From Phoronis australis (Eukaryota > Animalia > Phoronida): a stretch of 64,000 bases of DNA. Location: contig NMRA01000942.1 in assembly GCA_002633005.1 (NCBI GenBank), positions 3,487 through 67,486 of the forward strand. The letters are read 5' to 3'. The notes beneath the pieces are model-generated. The model was not told where the DNA came from and did not search any database. It saw only the letters and a list, made by a program, of their open reading frames with translations. Numbering within the stretch: position 1 is the stretch's first letter; the number at the start of each line of letters is the position of its first letter. Shown here one piece after another: positions 50,801 to 62,692 of the stretch. The translations under genes and the position numbers were made by a program.

Positions 50801-53800
50801 GTCAGCCGCTGAGTGGTATAGTGGTAGTGTCGGCGACTCGAAACTCTTGAGGCCTCGGTTTCCCGCCAAAATGTTATCTCACTAGTGAGATAACTTTATG
50901 GGTTATTACACGGTTGTATTTGCCATTCGAGGCGATTATTGTGGTAAAATGCACAGTGTTTTAATATCAACATGACACAGCTGTCGTTGTTTAGACAAAT
51001 GGATAAATCAACCTGTATAGTTAGAATATTAAAAACACTGAGAGTTTATGAAAATAGAAGTCTTAACTAGATTTTCTTTTTTCGTCAGTTTAACAAGGAA
51101 ATACAACTTAAAACGCCAAAGCAGCAACACCTGTTAGGCTAGTTAATTCACGTGACTACTCAAATAAGAAGGCCAATTCAATCAGGATCTTGGCTGTATT
51201 TTCGAGTTGCACGCTGGAGAGTGGAACAATGCGATACTGTAATTGGCACATCAGTAACAGTATTGGTCTGAAATAAGACTCCTATCTCGCAACTTTCAAA
51301 AGCAACACCTCGACCACATTTTGTCGGTCAGCAACCTTGCAAGTTATTGGAACGTGGCGCAAAGCAAAAATTTAGCAACTTCTGACTCACCTTGAAACTC
51401 GCACCACTTGCCATAGAAGCCAACTTCGCACTTACACTCGCACGCTTGGAAGTCATACGTGCCATGATTGTTGCATTCTTCCTCACCCGGGGTCGTCATG
51501 CAGCCTGTAAATGAAGGCGTATAGGCTATTTCACAAGGCAACTCTGGGGTCCGCAAAATCACGGGAAATATCATTTCTCGCTCCGTTACGAGCCGTGCGG
51601 ATTCACGTGAAGTTCTTAATGCCAATCAATATGGTTTTCGTGACAGTAAATCTTAAGAAACACAGGTGTTTGAGTTTGCTACCGAACTTGACAACCTCCT
51701 GAGTTGAGCAGGCCTATGTGGAGAGTATCATTATCAAGGTGCATTAGACTTTAGCAGGACATACAACCATACCGCCGTATGATGTCCCGGTGTATTACAA
51801 TTGACAATATTGCGAAAAAAAAACAAGCCAGTCTTTTATCCTCTTAAGGAGGAGCCTGCCACTGAGCTCACTCACACTTGAAACTCTAACCTGCAACAGT
51901 AAGCCTGCCGCGGCCATTGTTGGAGTTTGTTACACCTATGTTAGTTGTATGCACTGAAGTTCCAATAGTGGCGCAACTAACACCGAGTGTCATGCTATTT
52001 TGTCTTAACTGCTACACCAAGTTTTATCTCTGAAAGTTGCTGAAATACATAGGATAGGGTGTTGCATGAAATGCCCCTAATTATTTACAATGCTAACACA
52101 ACGGAAAGAATGTGCTGAAAGGTTAACATTAGTTCGTGAACAAAGTCTACAAATGCACCAAATTTAAGTTCATTCGGTGAGTTTATCGGGTCATTGAGTG
52201 CGATTTTCGTCGAAGTTTTCGATTCCTCTGTATCGACAGCTAGACGTCAGTGATTCTGAGGTCCATGTAAAGCTTTTATGTAATTCACTTCCCTCGATGA
52301 CTCTTGCGATACTGGAAGGAGGAGGGCCAGAGACTATCCCGGTGCCTACCCTCTGACGTCACCACAGAAACAGAAACAGAAACAGAAACAGATGACTCGT
52401 AATATCGGAAACGGTCAGCTGGTAGAAGGGTTATCTGTTTTTTAAAACATCATTTCTCGCACACATTTGAACATACATTTTCAACTTCAGTGTACGGGCA
52501 TAAGGCAAAGTGCCAGTTTACACAATAAGGTGTCAGTTTTCTATTGCGAGATAAATTCATTCAATCAAATACTCTAACTCAGTGGATGTTAAGCTAAATG
52601 CATAATCGTGAACTTAACGATAAGTTCATATGATCACAATTCATTTCCTTTATTGAGGACATTTGGTGTACTAATCGGGTCATTAGTTGCACTTTTCCTT
52701 AACTGTTTCTTTTTCACTCAACTTGCAATAATGTTTGGCACGACTAAGATATTCGCCGCCCTCTTCTATTGATTTATCGTTAGTGTATACCTACGCTCTG
52801 TGATTCAGAAGAAGAGGTCAGTTTGGGCATGTTGATTGTTTTCTGTTGTCCCTAAAATTGGGAAGCTAGACCTTTTAAAATCTTTAAAAATATAAATAAG
52901 ATATAGATGTTGTGCACGTGGCTCACCATCACACCAAGAGCTTGTTGTTGCCAACCTAGATGAAATTGCTATTGCGCCTACAAAAGGATACAAACCTGGG
53001 CCATATGGTCGGGAGCTCATGCGTTGGTAACTGGAATGAAAATAATTATGCTGAAGTCGTGTATGTGCTGATCATTATTGTTATAATAATAAAACCTTAT
53101 TCACAGAGCCATGTCGAGATCCATGCTTCAAAAATTATGAAATTAACAGATTACGTAAGATCTACAACGTCCACAATTTTCATGAGAGAAACGAATAGCA
53201 TTACATACAGAAAAATTATATCGTAAAATAGCTACGCATGTTGATTCACTATGAACATAATGAATATCACTTCTTCGAAACATGATAAAGAAATGATCCT
53301 TTTAAAGTGAAGCAAGTTTCAGGGATTGATTGTGTCAGGTTCACTATGAATGGGTCGCGGGTATAACTTAAAATATTTTTCACTGCGAATAACCATAAAA
53401 ACAGAGAGTGAATTCAATTTTGGCATAGAACTCTAGCCCTGGAATGGCAACTCTGATCTCGCAGCCGCTGAGGTTGCGCCGCGCATGCGTGAGAGTTGTG
53501 AAATTTACTGTCAATAAAATTTTTCGCAACTCCGCCATTTTTGACCGAATTACATAAGAGTCATATCATTAGAAAGCCCTTTGGCAATTCTAGTGTGACA
53601 GGATGACGGAAGAAATTCAAAAAAGTGAGGCAGTCCGCCAAGAGCGGGGCAATTGGCAAGTACACTGTACGCTGTCAGCAACACGATCTGGATTGGGTTC
53701 TTTTAGAAGGCAAACTTTTCATTCGTTGATATTTTATTTAATGAGTATAGGTAAATACCAAACATAAAGTTGGCTTACTTCTAAGAAATCGACTTAACAA

Positions 53801-56800
53801 ACAAACTGCATCTGGGCGACAGATAAACATTGCAGAAATAAATTATTTTCAAAACAATTGAAAACAGTAACACACACACACACAGACACACACACACGCA
53901 CACACACACACACACACACACCCACACACACACNNNNNNNNNNNNNNNNNNNNNNNNNNNNNNNNNNNNNNNNNNNNNNNNNNNNNNNNNNNNNNNNNNN
54001 NNNNNNNNNNNNNNNNNNNNNNNNNNNNNNNNNNNNNNNNNNNNNNNNNNNNNNNNNNNNNNNNNNNNNNNNNNNNNNNNNNNNNNNNNNNNNNNNNNNN
54101 NNNNNNNNNNNNNNNNNNNNNNNNNNNNNNNNNNNNNNNNNNNNNNNNNNNNNNNNNNNNNNNNNNNNNNNNNNNNNNNNNNNNNNNNNNNNNNNNNNNN
54201 NNNNNNNNNNNNNNNNNNNNNNNNNNNNNNNNNNNNNNNNNNNNNNNNNNNNNNNNNNNNNNNNNNNNNNNNNNNNNNNNNNNNNNNNNNNNNNNNNNNN
54301 NNNNNNNNNNNNNNNNNNNNNNNNNNNNNNNNNNNNNNNNNNNNNNNNNNNNNNNNNNNNNNNNNNNNNNNNNNNNNNNNNNNNNNNNNNNNNNNNNNNN
54401 NNNNNNNNNNNNNNNNNNNNNNNNNNNNNNNNNNNNNNNNNNNNNNNNNNNNNNNNNNNNNNNNNNNNNNNNNNNNNNNNNNNNNNNNNNNNNNNNNNNN
54501 NNNNNNNNNNNNNNNNNNNNNNNNNNNNNNNNNNNNNNNNNNNNNNNNNNNNNNNNNNNNNNNNNNNNNNNNNNNNNNNNNNNNNNNNNNNNNNNNNNNN
54601 NNNNNNNNNNNNNNNNNNNNNNNNNNNNNNNNNNNNNNNNNNNNNNNNNNNNNNNNNNNNNNNNNNNNNNNNNNNNNNNNNNNNNNNNNNNNNNNNNNNN
54701 NNNNNNNNNNNNNNNNNNNNNNNNNNNNNNNNNNNNNNNNNNNNNNNNNNNNNNNNNNNNNNNNNNNNNNNNNNNNNNNNNNNNNNNNNNNNNNNNNNNN
54801 NNNNNNNNNNNNNNNNNNNNNNNNNNNNNNNNNNNNNNNNNNNNNNNNNNNNNNNNNNNNNNNNNNNNNNNNNNNNNNNNNNNNGTGCATTAGACTTTAG
54901 CAGGACATACAACCATACCGCCGTATGATGTCCCGGTGTATTACAATTGACAATATTGCGAAAAAAATTACAAGCCAGTCTTTTATCATCTTAAGGCGTA
55001 GCCTGCCACTGAGCTCACTCACACTTGAAACTCTAACCTGCAACAGTAAGCCTGCCGCGGCCATTGTTGGAGTTTGTTACACCTATGTTAGTTGTATGCA
55101 AAAGTTCCAATAGTGGCGCAACTAACACCGAGTGTCCTTATGCTATTTTCTCTTAACTGCTACACCAAGTTTTATCTCTGAAAGTTGCTGAAATACATAG
55201 GATAGGGTGTTGCATGAAAATGCCCCTAATTATTTACAATGCTAACACAACAGAAAGAATGTACTGAAAGGTTAACATTAGTTCGTGAACAAAGTCTACA
55301 AATGCACCAAATTTAAGTTCATTCGGTGAGTTTATCGGGTCATTGAGTGCGATTTTCGTCGAAGTTTTCGATTCCTCTGTATCGACAGCTAGACGTCAGT
55401 GATTCTGAGGTCCATGTAAAGCTTTTATGTAATTCACTTCTCTCGATGACTCGTGCGATACCGGAAGGAGGAGAGACAGAGACTATCCCGGTGCCTACCC
55501 TCTGACGTCACCACAGAAACAGAAACAGAAACAGATGACTCGTAATATCGGAAACGGTCAGCTGGTAGAAGGGTTATTTGTTTTTTAAAACATCATTTCT
55601 CGCAAACATTTGAACATACATTTTCAACTTCAGCGAACGGGCACAAGGCAAAGTGCCAGTTTACACAATAAGGTGTTAGTTTTGTATTGAGAGATAAATT
55701 CATTCAATCAAATATTCTAACTCAATGGATGTTAAGCTAGATGCGTAATCGTGAACTTAACGATAAGTTCATATGATCACAATTCATTTCTTTAAATGAG
55801 GACATTTGGTGTACTAATCGGGTTGCACTTTTCCTTAACTGTTTCTTTTTCACTCAACTTGCAATAATGTTTGCCACGATATTCGCCGACCTCTTCTATT
55901 GATTTATCGTTAGTGTATACCTACGCTCTGTGATTCAGAAGAAGAGGTCAGTTTGGGCATGTTGATTGTTTTCTGTTGTCCCTAAAATCAGGAAGCTAGA
56001 CCTTTTAAAATCCTTAGAAAGATAAATAAGATATAGATGTTGTGCACATGGCTCACCATCACACCAAGAACCTGTTGTTGCCAAGGTAATGGCTTAGATG
56101 AAATTGCTATTGCGCGTACAAAAGGATACAAACCTGGGCCATATGGTCGGGAGCTCGTGCGTTGGTAACTGGAATGAAAATAATTATGCTGAAGGCGTGT
56201 ATTTGCTGATCATTATTGTTATAATAATAAAACCTTATTCACAAAGCCATGTCGAGAGCCATGCTTCAAAAATTATGAAATTAACAGATTACGTAAGATC
56301 TACAACGTCCACAATTTTCCATGAGAGAAACGAATAGCATTACATACAGAAAAATTATATCGTAAAATAGCTACGAATGTTGGTTCACTATGAACATAAT
56401 GAATATCACTTCTTCGAAACATGATGAAGAAATGATTCTTTTAAAGTGAAGCAAGTTTCAGGGATTAATTGTGTCAGGTTCACTATGAATGGGTCGCGGG
56501 TATAACTTGACATATTTTTCACTGGGGATAACCTTAAAAACAGAGAGTGAAGTCAATTTTGGCATAGAACTCTAGCCCTGGAATGGCAACTCTAATCTCG
56601 CAGCCGCTGAGGTTGGGCTGCGCATGCGTGAGTGTTTGAACTTTACCGTCAATAAAACTTTTCGAAACTCCGCCATTTTTGACCGAATTACATAAGAGTC
56701 ATATCATTACAAAGCCCTTTGACAGTTCTTGATGATTATACCAGAAGCAAAAGATAAATGATTTCATTCTAAAAACCAATAGTGTTACCAAATTGCGAAA

Positions 56801-59800
56801 AATAACAGCGTGTAATAGTAAGTATAAGATAGAACCCGAGAGGTTATATAAATGACAAGTGAAGCTATAAGGGAAATGATTTGAATGATTCAAACAAAGG
56901 TTTTAGAAAATGAATACCTCACACTTGCTCTGGATAATTCAGTCGGTCATTCATCCAAAACTATACATGTACATCTTTATACATTATAATTAATTGGACC
57001 TTTGACACAATTACATTCTTCAGTAAAAACTCAGAATGCAGTGACATTTACAAAAAGTGCCATAAACTACTCCAAGTATCCATCTGAAATTTGCAGGTTT
57101 TCTGATACATAAACACGGAAAAAACATCTAACAGGTAGCATTGTAAATAACTGTGGATAGGTCTTCACATTGGTTGAAGTGTAGGACTTTTCGTAAAAGT
57201 TTAGAAATAAAATTTTTTTCTTCAGAAAATAAAAGTTAGTGTTCCTGATACATGCTGTGTATGATACTGCAAACAGAAGACATTGGAACACATTTTCTCG
57301 TTTGTTATGTTCGTAAAGAAAGTGGACTCCGGACAATAACAAAATTCATAAAAAGAGACAATGTTACTTTGAACACCTGTAGCCAAGTTGTCACGTTAAA
57401 CATTAAAGAACAAAAAATGGAATAACTGGATTGAAGATCAGGACTTCCTTATAAAAATGGGACATCTAGGTCTAAGCCAAAACGTAAAGTTGAAATTTCG
57501 CTGCAACACGCAAAGACGTACCGAGAGTTTTTTTGTCGAACTGGAGATGTACAACCCAAAAATTCTGGGCAGCTTTTAGCTGTTGTTATAGTTGAAATGA
57601 AAATTCCAAGTGTTGCAAAAAACCATGAAATGTCACGCTTTTTTTTTTCAGTCGAGTGGGAAAAAGCTGTGTGGAAACTTACAAAAATAATATGTCAATT
57701 TGGCCGTATGCCAAAAAGCGGGACATTTATAGTGTGACAGAATGGCGGAAAATTCAAAAAAGTGAGGCAGTTCGCCAAGAGCGGGGCAATTGGCAAATAC
57801 ACTGTACGCTGTCTTTTAAAAGGTAAACTTTTCATTTTTTGACATTTTTTTAATAAGTATAGGTAAATACCAAACATAAAGTTGGCCTACTTCTAAGAAA
57901 TCGAATTCACAAACAAACGGCATCTAGGCAACAGATAAACATTGCACAAATAAATTATTATCAAAACAATTGAAAACAGTAACACACACAAACACACGCA
58001 CACACACACACACACACGCACGCACGCACACACACACACGCACGCACACACACACACACAGCACACACACACAAGCACACACACAAGCACGCACGTACAC
58101 TGACATTTGGTTAAGCAATTGCTAGTAATTTTTCCAAAATTTTGTAAACACTCCAGTCTTCGGGCCTAAACTTTTCAATTAGACCAAATGTAACTTCTAT
58201 AACACGATTTTATCTCTCAAAAATAAGTTGTTCAAACAGTCTTGGCGTGCAGCATAAGATCTTGTCGTAAGTTGCTCTACGACTGGGGCTGAAAAGTTAT
58301 CAGAGGTTAATGGCGGCATCCACCCAGGGCCACAGGTCGGTTCTTATAAAGAATAGTGTCACGGTAACTGTCGGGTTTGTTGACTAACTTTGCCGAGAAA
58401 TCGCTGCTTGTATAGAACTGTACTTCAGAAGAATCTCGCGTGATGAACAATAATAATATAATGAAAATGAAGCAATGCATTTAGGCTTGATTTGATTACT
58501 GTAACTCTCAATCAAAATCAGTCGAGCAGGCAGCAAAAATTCTCATTGCAAACTCTTGCGGCTACTCTCGAGGTTGCAAGTTTTAGTAACAAAAGACATA
58601 GGTCACGTGCGGAAGTTGGCATTCCAGGGGTAGAGTTCTATGATTTTTACGAAGACTATTTTTGGTGAGAACTGATACAAATAACGCTGCCCAATTTTCC
58701 ACTGGATTTCAAATATTTACCGTTTTGATATTCGCTAACAAAATTTATACTTCCACCAACTCAAGCTTCAACATTAATGTTAAAGTAATGAATCCTCACA
58801 CTACGTGTCATTTCGTCTGCGTTTTTGCCACAGTTCGTCATTGCGATTGCGTGGTTCAATGCAACTGCCTATTACGAGCGTTTGATTTATCTTGACAACA
58901 TGACTAAACAACTTACCTGTCGGGATTAAGAAAAGAGGGGTAGTAATTACACACGAACACGAACTGGTTGTCAAGTTCTCTCGTGAATGTGTTTGTGGCG
59001 CTGTCGTAGCCTCCATAAGCTTTCTCGCAAAACTTATAACCACAGCCAACTTTATGCGTCTTCTGCCATGCCATCTATGGGGATAAAAGCAAAGTTTATA
59101 GTCTAGGAAGAGCTCATCGTCAAAGTCATATAAACATTTGGTTGTAGTGCCTCATAGCAACAGAGTGGGTTGGTGATTATAGCACTGCTATGTAAAGTGT
59201 AGGGTATTGTTGGGAATATAACGGAGAAAAATGTTCAAACTGTTCTACAACCACACAATTTAGCTGTTAACTTTGGAATTAGAGTGACTTTTGTATTAAC
59301 TTAAAATGGATTGCTGTGTTTCAACATGGCCGCTATCAGCGCCATCAACTTTCAATTTGGGTTATCATTTAACTTGGTAAAAAATTAATTAATAAAGTCT
59401 GCTACAGAACAGCCAACTGGGAGTTCGGCAACAAAAAGCCTATATGGATTTTCAAAATTTAGAAACCACCATTTTTGATTTTATCTCAGCATCGACTTAG
59501 GGAGCAGATAAAGAAAGAATACATTGTCTTTCGTCCTTAACACTTATTCAGATTGCGTGCAACTTACGCTAAGTTGGGCATGTCAAAAACAGAACTTCAA
59601 ACAATTGGACATACTGTAGAGGTCGAACTCCGCGCTACTGGGGAAATTTTTGAACAGATGTGAAATTGTCAGTCTCCTTCTGACGTGGATGCGCTAGCCT
59701 TGTAATCCGTGAAAGATCCCCTTTGGGTACTCTTTCCTATGTTTATGGTACATTGTGTACTCAGCCCTTTTAATTTTCCGTGACACAATAATCGAGCACG

Positions 59801-62692
59801 TGTGCCTAGTAACCATACGCACCTGCAAGTAGTGCCCGCATACTCTACCAGGATCACACGTGGCTGTGGTATAGTTGTACTGAAGTTTTTCTTGCCACCA
59901 ACCGAGAATATCTGCTGCAAAGTCGATCTCGTGATTGGCGGTATTGTAACCATACCGCAAGTAGTTCTGTCCATTCGTGTACCATGACCTGGACGGCAGT
60001 CCTGGACAGTAACTGAAAAGAAATAATTCGCAAGTCATCCTTATCAGAGTGATCCAAAAACCACCATTTTCTTCACTTCTCTTCGATTAAGTATTCGCTA
60101 ACTAGGAACTCGTCTGTGGAAGCAATACAGACACTTATCTTAAGATCCTATGAAAACAGCAATAATTTCAAGTTTGCTTTCAAAGATTAGACTCATGGCC
60201 CACAATAACGAGAATGTAAAAATCGAAATTCCGCTTACGTTGAAAACATGATGCTATTTTGAAAGAACATCACTTGAGAGCTTGCTGTGATTAAACTAGT
60301 TCGTGTTAAACTTGATTTTATGGAGAATTTTGGGGAAAATGAACCGGATAGGGTATCTTTTAATTGTTGCGAGCTGTAAAGTTACAATTACCTGTACTGT
60401 GATTTTGGTGTGAAACAATGGCATAAAAAATAGTTCATTTTACGTAACAAACGTCGGACACATTGCAAATCGAAACCTAATTCAATTTATAACATGGACC
60501 TTGCCAAATATATTGCCATACAGACTGGACGGGTCTCCGGCGTACACATGTGACATTTCTGCAATTGGCAATTGTTATGATCGTGCATAAGTCAACATTG
60601 ACGTTGAGGAAAACCTGAAGAAGAATTTTCAGGATAATGATAATGATAATAAAAACTTAAGATAAGCTCGAAATACGACACCAAATCATTTCTGCAACTA
60701 CTGTAACTGTATAATTTTGGTGATTTTTAACACATTTTACTCCTATTTTTGTAAAGTCACCAACCGAAGGTGCATGTGTCCCCACTGAATCGGTTTGTGG
60801 AAAGTGATTGAAGGTTAAAGTCATCAAGACCAAACATTTGTCTAAGTTAAGACCTTAATTCGTGCTGTTCATTCAGAAGGCAAAAATTCGGAGAAAAGCA
60901 AATCCATGAAGACAGCGTCAGCTTTCGGTCTTACGTAGCAGAGGTAACGAAATTAAGCCAAGTTTGGTCACATTGGACTCTGTTAACTACGCCTTAGCAG
61001 TATGTTACCGATTCATTAGATTTTGTGAGAAGTTATTCCGCAGTTAAAATAAACATTTGCGGATTGACTAAGTGGGAATAGCATTATTTTGTTTCAACGA
61101 TTAAGTACTAAATTGGTGTCAATATCCGTTGACAGTTGGCAACCGGGTTTCGGATCACAGTCTGAGATAAAACGGTGAAACTTCCATGAAACGGTCCTTA
61201 GAACGCTTCTGGTCAGACATTCGGCATTAGTCTGGGGACATCAAATGAATGGAAAATAGCCGGAGGAATCACAAAACAGCGTAGAACTACTTACTACCGA
61301 AAGTAGGAGTGTCTCAGTTGACACGTGTTCGCCATCATTTGTGCGCGACCTGCTAACATGTCGTCCCATTCCTACAAAGAACATTGATAACTGAAATGCA
61401 CAAGTTGCAGAGCGTCAAAGTCGCAGACAATTTCGAATCAGAAGGATGTGATTTGGGAAAATTTAACGGGAATAAAAAGTAAAACCTTTATTTGAATCCT
61501 TCATGTATCGCATCCATACAATGTTTCTGTATAAGATGCACTACAACTTGTTTTAGGGTTAAAAACAATAATGAATTGCGCCGTTTTCTCTCAATTTCCT
61601 TAGCGCGCCAAGATTCAATTTCCCTTACCAACTAGAACGACAAAACTATCAGCAGCTCAAGAAAACGGTTCCGAGTTAATTTGGTGGGTCAATCCTTAAT
61701 TTTCAAATTCGAAAATGGCGCTTGTACAAATTACCTGTGAGTTGCAGTCCAATTTGGCAACAATTCAAGATGAGATGAGCCTGGTAACGCTTGGTGTATA
61801 AGCTAACGCAACGTCTATATGTAGGTACTGCACAATTTTATACTTTTTCTGGTTGGGTTAGGGTCTCAAAACGTTGCACTACCCTGCACAATTCTATGGG
61901 GAACAAACGCTGCACATCACACACCGTGAAGATTGTTTAATGCAACTTGTCTACGTTTTTTCACAGTGTGTCTGATTTCGCGCTACATTAATGTATACCA
62001 AAGAGTAGCAGGTTTTACAATTTGGAGTTGCACATCGAGTTACGCTCAGATGTTGATAGGGGGCACTTTCAGCATCTACTGTGAAAGTGCTTGAATCCAC
62101 ACGTTGTAAGACCCTTCTTTCTGTTAGACTGGTTTTTGTCAACAGCTAGGTCACCGTTATGTACGTTATTTCGCGTCTTCTCGCGTTTAGGAAAAATTCA
62201 ACGAGCGTTGCGAAAACCAGTAGGACGCTGTCGAATACGCTTGAATAAAAAGAAATTTCAACTTCAGCAGGAGCTTAATACATAAAGTTGACAGTCCCCA
62301 AAATTTGATGATGCTCCTCCCTGTGTTTGAAAAAACACTTAATTTGGAGCCTGGTTCGAGAGAATCGCATCGTAAAAGCGAGCAGCCAAACTTTTAAGTT
62401 CAAACTTAACGCGGTTTGACAGTAAGCTATCGAGTTTAGGTCTCCGGGACAATGAATGATACTATCACTAACTCACCATTGTTTTAAATTTGATATCTTC
62501 CGTTTCCAGACTTCTTCTCAATTTGTTGTGCACATCAACAATGACCTGTTTATCAGTATCACTTATCGGTTTGTCTTCTGCAACGACGGCGCAGTTTTCA
62601 GGAGTGTCGTCCGGCAGGTCCGGATACGTGTCGTCGCTGACTGCATGAGCTGAGGCCAGAACGCATAGAAGGAAAAGAGCCAGGAACGCCAT
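47820..62692 (-). CDS. Gene B: secreted CAP(SCP)-EGF-ShKT protein, 8 coding exons, 317 aa. join(-): 62477-62692, 61295-61371, 59823-60012, 58917-59074, 56134-56168 (or 52996-53030), 51391-51504, 48454-48607, 47820-47829
   Basis: Canonical splice sites with the same phases as gene A; 954 nt open. Motifs HNKLR, EWDDMLA, CQLRHS, WWQEK, CGHYLQMAW, VGCG, VCNYYP; EGF; Sh[38 protein letters not shown]. Confidence 0.92.
48454..48607 (-). CDS. Gene B exon 7, ShKT ([52 protein letters not shown])
   Basis: 154 nt, phase 1-2; typical ShKT C-x-D...C-x-x-W...C...C-P-x-T-C. The frame differs from the supplied ORF. Confidence 0.88.
49445..49681. mobile_element. Harbinger-like MITE (~235 bp); a related right end lies at 1-141
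   Basis: TIR CAGGGGCCTGTTCCA / TGGAACGGCTCCCTG; internal sequence matches window start (gctaagtcagttttgttggaacgg). Confidence 0.7.
50102..50277. repeat. Imperfect ~175-bp palindrome/hairpin in gene B intron 6
   Basis: tagattattacatg...gtcgttatc...gtggattttggagaattatc mirrored by gataattctacaaaatccac...gataacgac...catgtaataatcta around a gcgttagc loop. Confidence 0.8.
51391..51504 (-). CDS. Gene B exon 6, EGF-like ([38 protein letters not shown])
   Basis: 114 nt, phase 1-1, tttacag acceptor and gtgagt donor; EGF-like CxNHG...CxC..GFYG..CE. Confidence 0.9.
56134..56168 (-). CDS. Gene B exon 5, 35-nt microexon ([13 protein letters not shown]); second copy at 52996-53030 ([13 protein letters not shown])
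   Basis: ttttcattccag acceptor, gtttgt donor; homologous to 19483-19517. Confidence 0.85.
57981..58098. repeat. (CA)n compound microsatellite; other copy at 53870-53933, paralogous short tract at ~20486-20520
   Basis: Direct observation. Confidence 0.95.
58917..59074 (-). CDS. Gene B exon 4 ([18 protein letters not shown]...[15 protein letters not shown])
   Basis: 158 nt with canonical splice sites; VGCG and VCNYYP. Confidence 0.93.
59823..60012 (-). CDS. Gene B exon 3 ([18 protein letters not shown]...[26 protein letters not shown])
   Basis: Canonical splice sites; CAP W-x-x-E and CGHY motifs. Confidence 0.93.
61295..61371 (-). CDS. Gene B exon 2 ([25 protein letters not shown])
   Basis: 77 nt, tctttgtag acceptor and gtaagt donor; C-x-x-x-H-S CAP motif. 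Confidence 0.92.
62477..62692 (-). CDS. Gene B exon 1 ([34 protein letters not shown]...[19 protein letters not shown])
   Basis: Kozak-like accATGG, signal peptide ending AHA, gtgagt donor. Confidence 0.92.

Larger units (their letters stand above)
51739..58098 (+). other. Duplicated block either side of N gap 53934-54884; contains gene B microexon twice
   Basis: 51739-53933 approximately equals 54885-58098; the first copy lacks ~1 kb. Confidence 0.8.
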
